From: the human T2T-CHM13v2.0 reference genome, Homo sapiens
DNA: 64,000 bases
Assembly: GCF_009914755.1 (NCBI RefSeq)
Contig: NC_060928.1
Reading direction: 5' to 3' (one strand)
Part shown: positions 1 to 15,483 of the stretch, piece after piece
How the letters are laid out: the number at the start of each line of letters is the position of its first letter
Position numbering within the stretch: position 1 is the stretch's first letter
Position numbers and translations under genes: made by a program
The notes under the pieces: model-generated
Databases searched by the model: none
What the model saw: only the letters and a program-made list of their open reading frames with translations
Told to the model about the DNA's origin: nothing

Positions 1-387
1 TAACATATTCAACCAGAGACATGATATCTGAGTAGAGAAATATAAGTTTGATTAGATTATGTTTAATCATGGCACTAAATACTAAGTTTGATCATGACAC
101 TAAATGCTAAATTGATTTAAATTTATTTACTTCTTTTAAATCTCTGAATATCAATTATTTTATCCATATGGTAGGAATAAAATTATTGTAAATGATATGA
201 GTAGTTAATACCAGAGACATAATGAAATAAACAATATCAATGACATGTTTCTACAACTCTAAACTGGTTTATCCTTACACACAGAATTTTGAACTAATTA
301 GCAAAAGTAGTACTTTTTAAAATAACTGAAACTTAAAATATATACTAAAAATACAACTTAAAAACCAGAATACTTGTAATTCCATCA

Positions 388-726
<339 letters not shown>

Positions 727-799
727 TTAGGTGGAAGACATGATAACATTCATGTTTATTTCTTATCTATTATTCCATGTTAAGAGAAAGGCATTCTAA

Positions 800-2760
800 C
801 ATTTTATTTATAGAATAATTTTTTTTGAAAATAAAGGACAAACACATTCATAGATTGAAAGTCCCAAGAAACCCAGAGTGTGAGTAGTAGGATAATAGAT
901 AAAGAATTAATACAAATGTAGAAAGTATTATTAGATTTATGGAGAGAGCTAAGATATTTCAAGTACGTTGGGGGAAGAGGAAGACAGGCACAAATAACTC
1001 CGGGAGACAACACTGGAAAACACTGAGATCAACCTTTTGTTTTGTTTTGTTTTTATTTTTATTTTCAAAAGAATTGATTATATTAAGTAACAGTGGAACA
1101 CTATCTAAAGCTTTTCTAAGGTAAGATTCTTTAACACAGTATATGATCTCGCCACTCACATACACAAGAAACGAGTAGAAATTCGGAATCCAGGAGTCTT
1201 TTTTGAAAATTACATGACAGCATAATCCAGCTAAAATTGAAAAGGAGGTATCCCAGCAAAAAGACAAATGTCCATCTACGAATTAACAAGTACAAAATGA
1301 AGATAATGTCCATGATAAAACATTATAAAGGTAAATATGCTCAACCATAAAAGTAAAATATTAATGAAATAAATAAAAAACATACTATTGCAATTATTTC
1401 CTCATTTCTGCATCAAAGAGTAAATATTGTCTGAAATTTATAAAGCCAGTTGTGAAAGTAACTCAATTTCTGGTAAATATAGTGTAAAGTAAATATTACT
1501 CATATAGCAACAAAATGCACTTAAGGAAGAAAGGAAAATGATGTAATAAAAATGAAAATAGAAAAGCATATAAGTATTTAAAATTTAAAGTGAAGTAGAA
1601 AAATCATCATAAAATTAGTAAGATAATAGAAAAATCACAAATGAGTACTTTCCTAAGCTTTAGGCAACTATTTTTGAATACCTGGATAAAATAATTTTTC
1701 CTAGGACATCTTGGTTTAAAAAATATCTCAAAGAGATAGGTAGCCTAATGACAATGAAAGCAATTCAGGAAACTTCAACAATCAAATGTCACCCACTAGA
1801 AGGAATACCCTGAAGACCATTTATAAGATAATTCTTTCAAAGCATATTAGAATAAATTATTTCGGTTGTATTCAAATTTTTCAAGAAAAGAGAGTGAAGA
1901 AAAAAGACGAATGCTTTTTGTGAATCCACAAAAAAGCTGACAATAAGCCTGAATGAGAAGGCACAAAAAGATAATTATTTTAAAAACTCACTTATGAATT
2001 AAAAATAATAATATCTTAACAAGTAAAATTCAGGAAAATAGAGGATCATTACAACCAAACAACATATAAGAGGAAGCCAATAATTTGTTTTAATATTAGA
2101 AAATCAATGGTAAAAATATTCTATTGAAAATTTCAATAAATTTTGGTAGAAGTTCAAAATTTCTGTTTAATATGAAATGTGGAAAGATGGATATAACATA
2201 GTGCTTACCCATTTAACAATACAAAAAAATAAGGACAATTTACAAATACACAACTTTATGAGTTCCCCAGACAACTGATATTGCAAGGCAACCAACCAAA
2301 CAACTTACCCAAATTCTAAGGAAAGACAGGCATCTGAAAGGATATATGAACACTGGTGTGCAAAATTAAATGCAACTGAGCTCCAAGGACAATTCAACTA
2401 CATATTATTAACAAAATAGTGTCTTGTGTGGTCTAATCAGATAATAGTGAAGCCTTGGGGGACTGCAAATATCAGGAGAAATCACACCCAGTTGGAGGGT
2501 TTTCTCCACATATTTCAAAGGCACTTAAAAAATTGAATAGTTAAAATGCCCAAAGAGCAGCCTTGTGATAAAAGACTGAGTAGAGGTCCAAAACATTTAC
2601 TGAAGGAAAGACATGAAAATCCTCCCCAATATTTTTTTTTTCCCAGCTCCTCTAGGTAGTAAAAACCTTAACATACTGGGGAAAAGAAAGTAGATATGAT
2701 TTTCCACAGGGAGCTCAGGGTAACCCATGACAGCTATAGAAAAGAATCAGAATATAACCT
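800..2760 (+). mobile_element. Highly degraded ancient L1 (L1M/L1ME-type) fragments
   Basis: Strong A-skew with faint L1 ORF2- and 5'UTR-like words; boundaries uncertain. Confidence 0.45.
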
Positions 2761-3533
2761 GATGAAATAATTTAAAGTGCATGTGGATCAGCAAAATGGC
2801 AGAATAGGAGGTCCCAAGCTTCATTACCTCCCAAATAAAGTTCAACTAGCTACTATGCACAGACAAGAACACCTTAGTGAAAACGCTTCAAATTGGAAAT
2901 ATGCCTAAGTCTCCAGCACAGTTCAGAAGACAGAATAAAACCCAGAGTAGAAGAAGCAGTCTCACTTTGACTATGTCATCCCCTCTCTTCACACAAACGG
3001 GCACAGCACTGCACAGAAAAGATTTCCAGGGGTCAGTTTCTGCAGAGGAAAAAGAGAACTGGAGGCAGACACTCAGCTTTCCTATCATTCTGAGACACTT
3101 TCCAGAAAGGTCACTACAGTCACACCTCATGGGGAAAGCAGGAGAAATTGGCATGGCTAGACCATGTGAGGTCATGTTAATACAAAGCAAGGAAGTGGAA
3201 CCCACAGTAATCGGGATGCAGATCTTGATGGTAGCTCTGTGTACTTGCCAGTAGTAGCAATTGGTCAGAGGTACCAGCTAGGAGCATTGTCCAACTGCAA
3301 CGCTGAGCTGCTTGCTCCCAGAAGCCATGGGAAATTCTACTTAGTTTGAATTCTTAGCCAGCCTAGGGAAGAAAGGAATGAAGGATCTCCAAAAACAAAA
3401 CAAAACGGAAAACAATGAACAAAATATCAGTAGTAAATCCTTAGCTATGAATAATCATCTTGAATGTAAAGAGATTAAATTTTCCAATGAAAAGACATAA
3501 AGTGACTAAACGGATTAAGAAAAGAGAACTCCT

Positions 3534-4135
3534 TGGAAGACAGTATGGTGATTCCTCAACAATCTAGAACTAGAAATACCATTTTACCCAGCAATCCTGT
3601 TACTGGGTATATACCCAAAGGATTATAAATCATGCTACTATAAATTCACATGCACACGTATGTTTATTGCTGCACTATTCGCAACAGCAAAGACTTGGAA
3701 ACAACCCAAATGTCCATCAATGACAGACTGGATTAAGAAAATGTGGCACATATACACCATGGAATACTATGGAGCCATAAAAAAGGAAGAGTTCATGTCC
3801 TTTGCAGGGACATGGAAGAAGCTGGAAACCATCATTCTCAGCAAACTGTCACAAAGACAGAAAACCAAACACCACATGTTCTCATTCATAGGTGGAAACT
3901 GAATGATGACAACATGTGGACATAGGGCGGGGAACATCACACACTGGAGCCTGTTCGGGAGAGGGGAGATGGGGGAGGGATAGCATTAGGGGAAATACCT
4001 AATGTAAATGACGAGTTGACGGGTGCAGCAAAGCAACATAGCACATGTATACCTATGTAATAAACCTATACGTTGTGCACATATACTTAGAACTTAAAGT
4101 ATAATTTAAAAAAAATAAATAAAATTAAATTAAAT
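3534..4135 (+). mobile_element. 5'-truncated L1PA 3' end (about L1PA6-8) nested in the L1MA
   Basis: ORF2 C-terminus (TWKQPKCPSMTDWIKKMW...GGN*), G-rich 3'UTR, A-tail; 12-bp TSD aagagaactcct at 3522-3533 and 4136-4147. Confidence 0.92.
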
Positions 4136-6694
4136 AAGAGAACTCCTATTATATGCTGTCTAAAAGAGATTAATTTTACCTTTAAGCAGACATACAGACT
4201 CAAAGTAAAGGGATGGAAAAATACGTTCCCTACACACAGAAGCCAAAATAAAGCAGGAGTAGCTATACCTATATTAGACAAAATAGAATTTAAGTCAAAA
4301 ACTGTAAAAGGAGACAAAGTTGGACATTATATAATTATAATGAGGTCAATTTATCAAGTAGATGTAACAGTTGTAAATATATACGCACTCAATGTTGGAG
4401 CACCTAAATATATAAAGCAAATATTAAAATATCTGAAGGGAGAGATAGAATACTGTACAGTAAAAATGGGAGAACTTCGATGCTCCAATTTTAATAATGG
4501 ATGGATCATTCAAAGAGAAAATTAATAAAGAAACAATGGACATTAACAACACTTTAAACCAAGTTGAACTTTACAGAAATATACAGACCATTCCATCCAA
4601 CAGTACCAGAATACACATTTTTTTTCAAGTGTATATAAAACACTCACTAGGATAAACACTACGTTAAGTCAAAAGAAAAGTCTTCACAAATTTACAAAAG
4701 ATTGAAATCATATCAAGTATCTTGTCTGACCACAATGCTATGAAACTAGAAATCAGTAATGGGAAGAACTTCAAGATATTATCAAATATATAGAAATTAA
4801 ACAACATGCCCTGAATAACCAATAGGTCAACAAAAGATTAAAAGGGAAATAAAAAAATACTTTAGACAAATAAAAATGAAAAGATAATATACCAACACTT
4901 ACAGGATGCTGCAAAAGCAATTCTAAGAGGAAAGTTTATATTAATAAATGCCTAAATAAAAAAAATAGATCTCAAAGAAACAACTTAATGTTACACCTCA
5001 AAAAAAAAACAAGAAAAAGAAAAAGAAACTAAGCCCAAAGTTAGTAGAAGAAAGAAAATTATAAAGATCAGAGCAGAAATTAATAAAAGAGTCTAGTAAA
5101 ACCATACAAAGATCAATGAAAGTAAGAGTTGGTTTTTTGAAAAGATAAAGAAAATGTACAAACTTTTAGTTAAACTAAGAAAAAAGAAGACTCGAATAAA
5201 TAAAATCAGAAATTAAAGAGGAGACATTATACCTGATACCATGGAAAACAAAAGGATCATAAGAGATTATTATGAACAATATGCCAATAAGTTAAACAAT
5301 AATGAATAAAAGAAACATTTATAGACACATAAAACCTAACAAAGCTAAATCATGAAGCAAGAGAAAATCTGAATAGACCAATAACAAGTAAAGAGCTTGA
5401 ATTAGTAATAAAAAGCTTTCCAAAAAAATAAAAAAAAAGAAAGCCATGGACCTGAAGGCTTCATTATGGAATTCCACCAAATATTTAAAGACTAATATTA
5501 GTCCTTCACAAACTCTTTCAAAAAATCAAAGAGGATGGAATGTTTATATCCTTTTCACAAGGCTGGAATTACCCTGATACCAAAGCCAGGGAAGGACATC
5601 ACAAGGAAAGAAAACTACAGACCTGCAAGCTAATATCCTTGAGGAGCATAAGTGCAAAAATTCTCAAGAAAATACTGGCAAAAAACAAATTTGACAATGC
5701 ATTAAAAGGGTCATTTACGATGATCAATTGGGATTTATCCCGAGGATACAAGAATTGTTCAACATATGCAAATCAATACATGTGATACATACCATTAGTA
5801 GACCAAAAACATGATTATCTCGTTAGATCCGGAAAAATCATTTCATAAAATACGACATTCTTTTATGATTAAAACTCTCAACAAATTAGATGTAGAAATA
5901 ATGTACCTAAACACAATAAGGGCCATATATCATAAGCCCACAGCTTACATTATACTTAGTGGTGAAATTTGAAAGACTTTCTGGGTTTTTTAAGATCTGG
6001 AAAAAGACAAAGATATTCACGCTTTCCACTTCTATTCAACATAGTATTAGAAGTCATCATCAGAGTAATTAGGCAGAAAAAGAAATGAAAGTCATTCAAA
6101 TAGGAATGGAAAAAGTGAAATTTTATCTGTTTGCTGATGGTATGATCTTATATATAGAAACCATAATGATTGCACAAAAAAACCTATTAGAATTAATAAA
6201 TGAATATAGTAAAGTCGCAGGGTACAAAATCAACACACAAAAACTAGTAATGATTTTATATACTGTTTCTTCTGAAAAAGAAAGAGAAAAATCCTATTTA
6301 CAATAGCTACAAAAATAAAATACTTAAGGATAAATTTAACAAAGGAGATGGAAGACTTGCACACTGAAAACTATGAAATATTAATGAAAAAATTTGAAAG
6401 AGAAACAAATAAATGAAAAGATATCCCATGTTCATGAATTGGAAGAATTAATATTGTTGAAATGTCCATACTACCCAAAGTGATCTACAAATTCAAAACA
6501 ATCCCTATCAAAATTCCAATGCCATTTTTTATAAAAAGAGAAAAAAATTATAAAATGTATATGGAACCACAAAAAGCCTTGAATAACCAAGACAATACTG
6601 AGCAAGAACAAACCTGGGAACATCATGCTACCTGATTTCAAACTGCACTACAAAGCAATAGCAATTAAAATAACATGGTACTGGCATTAAAATA

Positions 6695-7137
6695 TAGTTG
6701 ACCCTTGAACGACACAAGTTTGAACCGCACATGCCCACTTGTACATAGATTTATTTCTGCCACTGACACTTCTGAGACAGCAAGACCAAACCCTCTTGTT
6801 GCTCCCCTCCTCAGCCTACTTAACATGAAGACAAGGATGAAGAACTGTATGATGATCTGATTGCATTTAATGAATAGTAAATACATTTTTATTACTTATT
6901 ATTTCTTAATAACATTTTATTTTTCTAGCTTACTGTATTGTAAGAATGGAGCAGATAATATATACATAGCATTTAAAAAATCATGTGTCAACCTACTGTT
7001 TATGTTATCTGTAAGTATTCTTATCAATAGTAGGCTATCAGTAGTTAAGTTTTGGGGGAGTTGAAAGTTATACACAGATTTTTGACTGTGCATGGAGGTC
7101 GATGCCCTTATCCTCTGCATTGTTCAAGGGTCAACTG
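6695..7137. mobile_element. Tigger2a (MER28)-like non-autonomous TcMar-Tigger DNA transposon
   Basis: Terminal inverted repeats tagttgacccttgaac / gttcaagggtcaactg; TA left flank and TG right flank; about 440 bp; interrupts L1 ORF2. Confidence 0.88.
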
Positions 7138-7657
7138 TGGATTCATTGTCCAATGGAGCAGAATAGAGAACCCAGGAATGAGGCCATGCATGTATGGTCA
7201 ATTGATTTTTGACAAATATATCAATAACACAAAATGAAAAAAGAGCAGACTCTTCAATAAATGGTGTTTAGAAAACTGGATATCTATATAAAAAAGAATA
7301 AAATTGGACATTTACCTTATACCATACACAAAAATCAACACAAAATGGATCAAATGCTTAAATATAAAGCCTAAATTTGTAGAAATATTAAAGGAAAACA
7401 GAGAAAAACACTACACAACACTGATTTGGATAACTTTTTAAAATATGAACCCATAAACACAGGCAACAAAAGCAAGAATAGACTAATGGGATTACATCAA
7501 ATTAAATAGCTTCTGCACAGCAAAAGAAACAATCAATTGAGTGAAAAGACAACCTACATCATACATCTGACAAGGGGTCAATTTCCAAAATATATAAATA
7601 ACTCAAACAACTGAATAATGAGAAGACAAATGACTCAGTTTAAAAATGGCTGGAGGA

Positions 7658-8022
<365 letters not shown>

Positions 8023-8793
8023 TCAACAGCTATAAGACAAATGCTTCATATCACTAATCATCAAGGAAATGTAAATTATAACCACAATGAGATATTACCA
8101 CACACCTGTTAGAATGGCAATTATGGAAAGGAAAAGATAAATGTTGGTAAGGATGTGGAGAAAAGAGAGCCATTGTACATTGCTGGTGGGAATGTACAGC
8201 CATTCCCACATCTGTTTAGCCATGTATACAATCATTGTGGAAAACAGTATGAAGTTTCCTCAAAACGTTAAAAATCAAACTACTGTAAAAATCTAGCAAC
8301 TCCACTTCTGGGAAGACATCCAAAGTATATTAAATCAGTATGTCATAAAGATATCTGCACTTCCATGTTCATTGCATCATTATTCCCAACAGCCAAGTTA
8401 TTGAATCAATCTAAGTGTCCATCAATGGATACATTTTTAAAGAAAATGTGTCCTTTATAAATAATAGAATACTATTTAACCTTAAAAAAGGGAAGTAAAT
8501 CTTATCATTTATAACATCATGGATGAACCTGAAACTGTTAAGTGAAATAAACCAGACACTAAAAGACAAACATTGCGTAATTTCACTTATATATAGAATG
8601 TAAAACATTTGAAGTCATAGAAAGACAGTAGAATGGTGGTTACCAGAGGCTTGGGGGTGGAGTGACTGTGGAGATGTTAGTCAGAGGACACAAAAATTCA
8701 GTTACACAGAAAGAGTAAGTTCAAGGACCCTATAGTACATCGTGATGACTACAGTTAATAACAATTAACTGTACTTGTCTCTGTGTGTATGTG

Positions 8794-8815
8794 TATATAT
8801 ATATATATATATATA
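8794..8815. repeat. (TA)n microsatellite
   Basis: Direct reading. Confidence 0.9.
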
Positions 8816-10279
8816 TGCTCTATATATTGTATAATTGAAAATTGCTGAGAATAATTTTAAGTTTTCTCACCATGCATACACAAAAATGGTAAGTATATAA
8901 GATAATGCAGACATATATATATCAAAACATTATGTGGTACAGCATAAATATACAGATATTACTTGTCAATTTAAAATGTCTATGATGACTAGAAAATAAT
9001 AATATATTTGGAAAGACGGTCTTCATTATGAGACTTTTATTTTTATTTTATACTTTTCTGTCCCATTTGAATTTTTACTATATTCTATGTTATTTTTATA
9101 TAAATAAATAGATAAAAATAAATATGTGAATCTGGAAATACATAAACAAATAAACCCTATTGTTCTAGCCAAAAGTATTATCGAACAAATTGGGCAAACT
9201 GTATATTGTGTCCCAAATAATGTGATTATGAATTATAAGATTAAATTATTTAAATAATTGATTAGAGTGTATCTTTTTGCTTCTTAACAGAATGTATGTC
9301 TTACTGGATATTAGTTTTGTGTTTATACCAAATTTATATGTATATCTGTGAACTCAGATTTTATTCCTCATTGAAAATCTGATCTGAACTTTCCATCAAA
9401 TCCATCGATTACTTTACAGGCATTCCTGACAACTACAGAACTAGAATTTGAGCAAAACTACCATGGTCAGTCTCTGAGAACTGATTTCATGATAATTAGA
9501 GCTTGTGTTAACACCAAACTGGGGAAGAAAGGTGGGTGGAATTGTTGAAGAAACTTCAAGTAAAATTCTTTGCTAAATTTTAATAATGCAATTTTCTTTC
9601 CTCAAAGACTGCTGGAAATGTATATTATTAGATGAATATTTTGATTAGTTTTTATTTCAGGGATTTATTCATTCTATTTGAGCAAAGGTTTTGTCTTTGA
9701 AGTTTTAGGACAAGCAGAAGCCTGATATTTGGGGACAATGTAAATCTTCTCTCTTTTGAAACAGAAAAAAAATGACAATTAGTTTTGAAAAGAAACCTAT
9801 TTCAGCAATACAATTCTATGCATTCCTAGATTCAACTAAATTTTTCATTGCTCCCTGTCACCCCAAAACATTTTACATCTAGAAATAATTTCATGGATCT
9901 GTTTGAGTCATGAAATATGGGACACAATATTGAGGTAAATATATTACCCTAGAGATTTGCATGCCTAGCAAAGGAGATTTTATTTCATTCTATTCTGGCT
10001 GTCCAGAAGTATTTTTTTTTTACTGAAACTGACATTTAATGTTGTAATTTTATATCTGATCAATGAAGCTTTTATTTATATCAAGGGCTTTCATGATGAA
10101 AAAATAAAAGTTACAATTTATAACTCCTCCTGTCTTACCAGGGCACATTTCCCAGGAATGGCTTTCCATATCAATTCAATTTAAGAGTTTACTGTATCGA
10201 ATACATAAATAAATAAATATCTTAGTACTTCAAACTTCTTAGGTTGCCTGCAAAGTAAAAATTTCACGATTAACTCCTA

Positions 10280-11110
10280 CCTCTTCATCAAAACTGTTCT
10301 TGCTAAATTTTGTCCTTTCTTGCTAAATCCATTAAATCAGTTTTAGTCCTCAGCTTAATCATTCCAATAACATCACATAAAGCGGACTATGTCTCAGTTC
10401 TTGCAATCTATTCTTCCTTGGCTTCATATTACACATTTATCCTTTTGTCTCCTCCTTCTCAGCAACCTTTTTATATCCTCTGTGTAATAACTGACATGTA
10501 AATATCTGTGGAAAAGAGCTAAATTCAATTCTGTCATACTTACGCTTCTATTCTCCATTTTTTTCCAAATAGATGTTATCTGTTGTCATAAGTTTTAAAG
10601 CCAGAATTATGCTGACAATTCACTTTAGTATATATCCACTTTATTTTCTGAAGTCCAACATTATATATTTACTCACTACTTTGCATTTAAACTGAGGTTT
10701 ATCACAACTATCTCTTACTATACATCTTCAGAAATGAATGTTTACATTTCTTCCTTAAAATTTTCCTCTATTAATATTAATATGCATTTCTGTGAATTGT
10801 ACAATCATATGTACACAAACCATAAAACTTGAAATTATCCTAGACATCTATTCTTCAACTCATAGACACACAAATTTCTATCCATTCCACGTCCCTAAGT
10901 ATCTTCACTACCTTCAATATTATATAACCATGTTATCTTTTGCCTATATATAAGAAATTCCTTCTAATAACTCTTTTGCTGTATTCATATTTTTATGGTT
11001 CCCCAAAAAAGCAAAAATCAGTTACATCTTTAATCACTATGCCTAGTACCTATTATAAAACTTAACTATAAGCACTTGTTAAATAGTTTAGACCAATAAA
11101 TAAACCCATC
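10280..11110 (+). mobile_element. Degraded L2 LINE
   Basis: C/T-rich L2-like wording ending in gcctagtacc...agcacttgttaaatagttt. Confidence 0.45.
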
Positions 11111-11439
11111 TAATTAAAACATTGCTTAAAATTCCTTTTCTTGAAATTTTGTTAATGACTAAAAAAGTCAGCTGTATCAGTGAGCATAATTCAATTTATA
11201 TATTTTCTTTTATATTTTCCTGCTAACTTAACTCTCACTCTTTAATATTTCTTTCAATTTAATGGAACTTATCTACACCAAGTACTGGAAGAAGCACTCT
11301 TTCTAGGAGTACATTGAGTTAGATGCCAAAGTTCTGCCATTCCCTGGCTGCATGAAGCAAGGGTATCATCAGCAAGCTAATATCATCAGCAAGAAGTAGG
11401 TTGAAAGAGGCAAGAGTAGGGAGGTGTAACAGTACAATC

Positions 11440-11740
11440 TCTGTGACAGATTGGTTGCTTCCTCCCTGTAATATTAATAGTACTGTACATACATGTCCTT
11501 TGTCATGTAACTTTGCACTGGTCTTCACTGAAGCCTGAGTACACATTTCAACCCTGTGGATATCAAGCCTAGTCAGATGATGGGCTTTGGCGAAAGCCTA
11601 TGGAATGTGAGTAGAAGTCACAATGTTAGTTTAAAAACAAAAACTTAGGGAACTCGGCATGTTTCTGCCCATCCCTTTTGTGCTTCTACTATCTGCCATG
11701 AGAATATTCCTATGATCGCTGAACTACCAGATGACTGGAA
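11440..11740 (+). mobile_element. Old MaLR LTR fragment (MLT1H/J-like)
   Basis: ccttt..catgtaactttgc, gggctttggc..atggaatgtgagtagaagtcac, gccatgagaa motifs. Confidence 0.5.
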
Positions 11741-12222
11741 GATGTAAAATGAGGACAATAAAATTTTGTACAAAGCGAACAAATCCATTCACATAAATTA
11801 ATTTCTTTTGGTCCTGTCACAACTACTTACATTTTACCAGATGGTCCCAATGTATATGTATATATACACACACACTAAAATTTATATAAAGATATAGATA
11901 GATATGCTAAATACATATATATTCTAAAATGAGTATGTGTGTATATATATATCTTGTATTTTATTTTATATACTATATGTATATATAAAACATACAAATA
12001 TATAGCTAAACTATTGGTAAGCAAATTGCAGTATGTATGACACACAGTAGAAATGTAAAAACTATAATTATAGAAATAAAGCAGTTGTTTATTTTGACCG
12101 CTTATGACTTTTATTTGTACAGTGTGATACCGACAAAATTCAAGACCATTTATTGGACTATGATAATTCAACACCATTTTGTCACCGAGGACCCATAAGA
12201 CTTCTGGTGATAATCATTTTCA

Positions 12223-12746
12223 AAGGACTGTAAATCATGCTGCTATAAAGACACATGCACACGTATGTTTATTGCAGCACTATTCACAATAGCAAAGACT
12301 TGGAACCAACCCAAATGTCCAACAATGATAGACTGGATTAAGAAAACGTGGCACATATACACCATGGAATACTACGCAGCCATAAAAAAATGATGAGTTC
12401 ATGTCCTTTGTAGGGACATGGATGAAATTGGAAATCATCATTCTCAGTAAATTATCACAAAGACAAAAAACCAAACACCGCATGTTCTCACTCATAGGTG
12501 GGAATTGAACAATGAGAACACATGGACACAGGAAGGGGAACATTACACTCTGGGGACTGTTGTGGGGTGGGGGGAGGGAGGAGGGATAGCATTGGGAGAT
12601 ATACCTAATGCTAAATGACGAGTTAATGGGTACAGCACACCAGCATGGCACATGTATACATATGTAACTAACCTGCACATTGTGCACATGTACCCTAAAA
12701 CTTAAAGTATAATAATAATAAAAGAAAAAAAAAGAAAAAGAAAAAA
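12223..12746 (+). mobile_element. 5'-truncated L1PA (L1PA3/4-like) 3' end
   Basis: ORF2 C-terminus plus 3'UTR (gctaaatgacgagttaatggg) and A-tail; flanked by a 26-bp direct repeat at 12197-12222 and 12747-12772. Confidence 0.95.
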
Positions 12747-12840
12747 AAGACTTCTGGTGATAATCATTTTCATTCCCTATCAAGCTAGAACATCACTATA
12801 ATTGCTAATTATATTCTTTTTACTTATATATGCAAACACA

Positions 12841-12950
12841 AAATCATAAGTTTTTTAAACAAAGTTTAAACTTTGTTTTAAAATCTTAAGTTTTTTAAAC
12901 AAAGTTTAAACTTTGTTTTAAAATCTTAAGATTTTAAAACAAAAAGTTTT
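12841..12950. repeat. 40-bp tandem duplication containing overlapping perfect palindromes
   Basis: 12841-12880 matches 12881-12920 with 1 mismatch; 22-bp palindromes at 12857-12878 and 12897-12918; 32-bp palindrome at 12912-12943. Confidence 0.93.
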
Positions 12951-13978
12951 AAAAATATTTCCACAAGAGATATAAACTTTTATAAATTTATTCTGTCTCA
13001 CACTGAAAGTCACCAGTTTAAAATTGCTGATGTTGCCTTATCTCGCCTTCTTATGTATCAGCCACTTTGCTCTCCACATCCAAAACAATTCTTCAAAAAA
13101 AAATCCTTTGTATTTCTTTCTATTTTTTCATTTAGTTTTTACTTCTTAATGTGGATACTAGGCCTCTATACAGAAAGAATGGGTTTTGACTATGATGAAG
13201 AATTTAAGACCAGAAGAATTAGATAGAGAGAAGTGTTGTTGTGGCAAGAAAAGGAAAGAGAAAACAGGAAGTAAAGCAGAGGCCATCTAGAACTGTGCTC
13301 TGAATGTTAAGTATAGATTAAAAACCTAGAATCTTGGTGGACAAGGAGCTGGGGGCTTTTGCTACAGTAACCTTCATGTGAAGCAGTGCAAGATGAATGC
13401 TAAATAATCCTAGACTGCAGAAGAAAAATAATTGTGGTAATTCTTCCTAAACTAATTTTTTACTTATTTCTTGGCTTGTGGAGTTTCCATCATTTGCATC
13501 TCCTCATCAATAAGGAAGATTTTGCCATTGACATTCCTGAAATCTGTATTATTTGGAATTCTATTATAATCAATGTATTTTGACACTATAGATTCCCTAT
13601 CCTCTTTAGAGATTCTGTTATTTCAGCATCCCCCACTCTCCCACCCCAGAGTGAGAACTGCTGATAACAAAAGTTTGATGATGATCAGCCAGGCACACAT
13701 TGCTTCATGTGTAAGTAACACCAGAATGTAAGAAAAATGGAAACAAATGGGAGAACATACTAAGTGATATAAAGATAATAGATAAATATAAACTATAGTA
13801 TGTAAGGAAAAATGGATGCAAGTAAGACTTTAACTGAATGAGAGACAATACTTGTAGAAATGATAGATTTATTGTTAAAATTTAATTAATTTTATAATTA
13901 ATTTAAATATGCAATTAACACATGGATCTCCTTTAGTTAAAAGAAAAAAAAAAGATGTTTAAAATAAACCTAAAATCT

Positions 13979-14286
<308 letters not shown>

Positions 14287-15483
14287 AAATAAACCTAAAA
14301 TCTCCATCCATCAAGTTCATCCAATTCTTATCTTCTTTCCTTCTCTTCAACTGAAGACCACATTTATGATTTTGGGTGCTATACTTCCAGATAGTTTTTA
14401 CATTTTTTATCTACACAGGCAAACACAGTTTAATATTTTACTTTTGGCATTTTTTTTTGGTTGAAGGCTAAAATAATTCTAGACAATACTAATTTTTCTG
14501 AACCTTTTAAAGAAACTAAATAATGTGTATTTGTGGTAGATCCATGTAGATACATGTCAATGTAGTTCATTCTTTTCAAAGTTACATAGTATGTTCATGT
14601 CTGTCTATACTACATATATTTAACTATTAACATTTAATAGATATTAATGTTTTTCCTTCTGTTTTTCACTACAACAAAAATTGCACAATGTACATCTTTG
14701 AATATGACTCATTAAAGATGAGTAAGATATTTAATAGGGCAGAAGTATTAAATGAAATTTTGGAGATGATTAATTTATATGTGTTTTTAGTGGCCAGAAT
14801 TAAGTTTCATGAACTACTAACTGCAAGAGACTGTGGGAAATACAATTTTTCAATGTACCTGAGAGGAAAATGCAATAGGGAGTTATCACTGTCTTTTCCA
14901 TACACTTTCAATGACCTTAGTTGAAACCCAAAATTTATTTATGTTGAAAATCTGCAGCATACTGTTGGCAGAAGCAATTGAGCAACATGCTAAAAAATTT
15001 TTGTAACTGAATTGTAAATTTTATTTTTGAATTGAAATTTTATATTTAATAATAGAGGTAAAATAATTATTGTTTTAAGAATATTTCAGATCTACTGTAA
15101 ATACTGTTTTCATTTTATGATGGTGATATTTGTTTTCAACCTCAAATTTGGCTTTTGCCTCAGATCCATATTAATTTTTAACATTTTTTCATTATTTAAA
15201 ATATCTATTTCTCATATATTTACAAATATATGTTTATGTATGTGTGTGTATGTATAAATATATATGGGAGTTTGTATATGTGTCTGTGTTTATGGTTGCT
15301 CTTTCCTTTATTACAATTGGTGTAATAATTAAATATTCCATAGTTAATTGAATTTTGATAAATGTGTTAAAAATCTTTCTGTGTAATGACGGCTTAATTA
15401 TTCTTCTTGATTTTCTGTTATTTTGTGTTGTAATTTAAAGACTATTTAAAGGTGAAATTTACACATCAACTGTGATTACTGAC

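Noticed and set aside
12280-12783. 167-aa minus-strand ORF
   Set aside because: Antisense reading of an L1PA 3' end and tail
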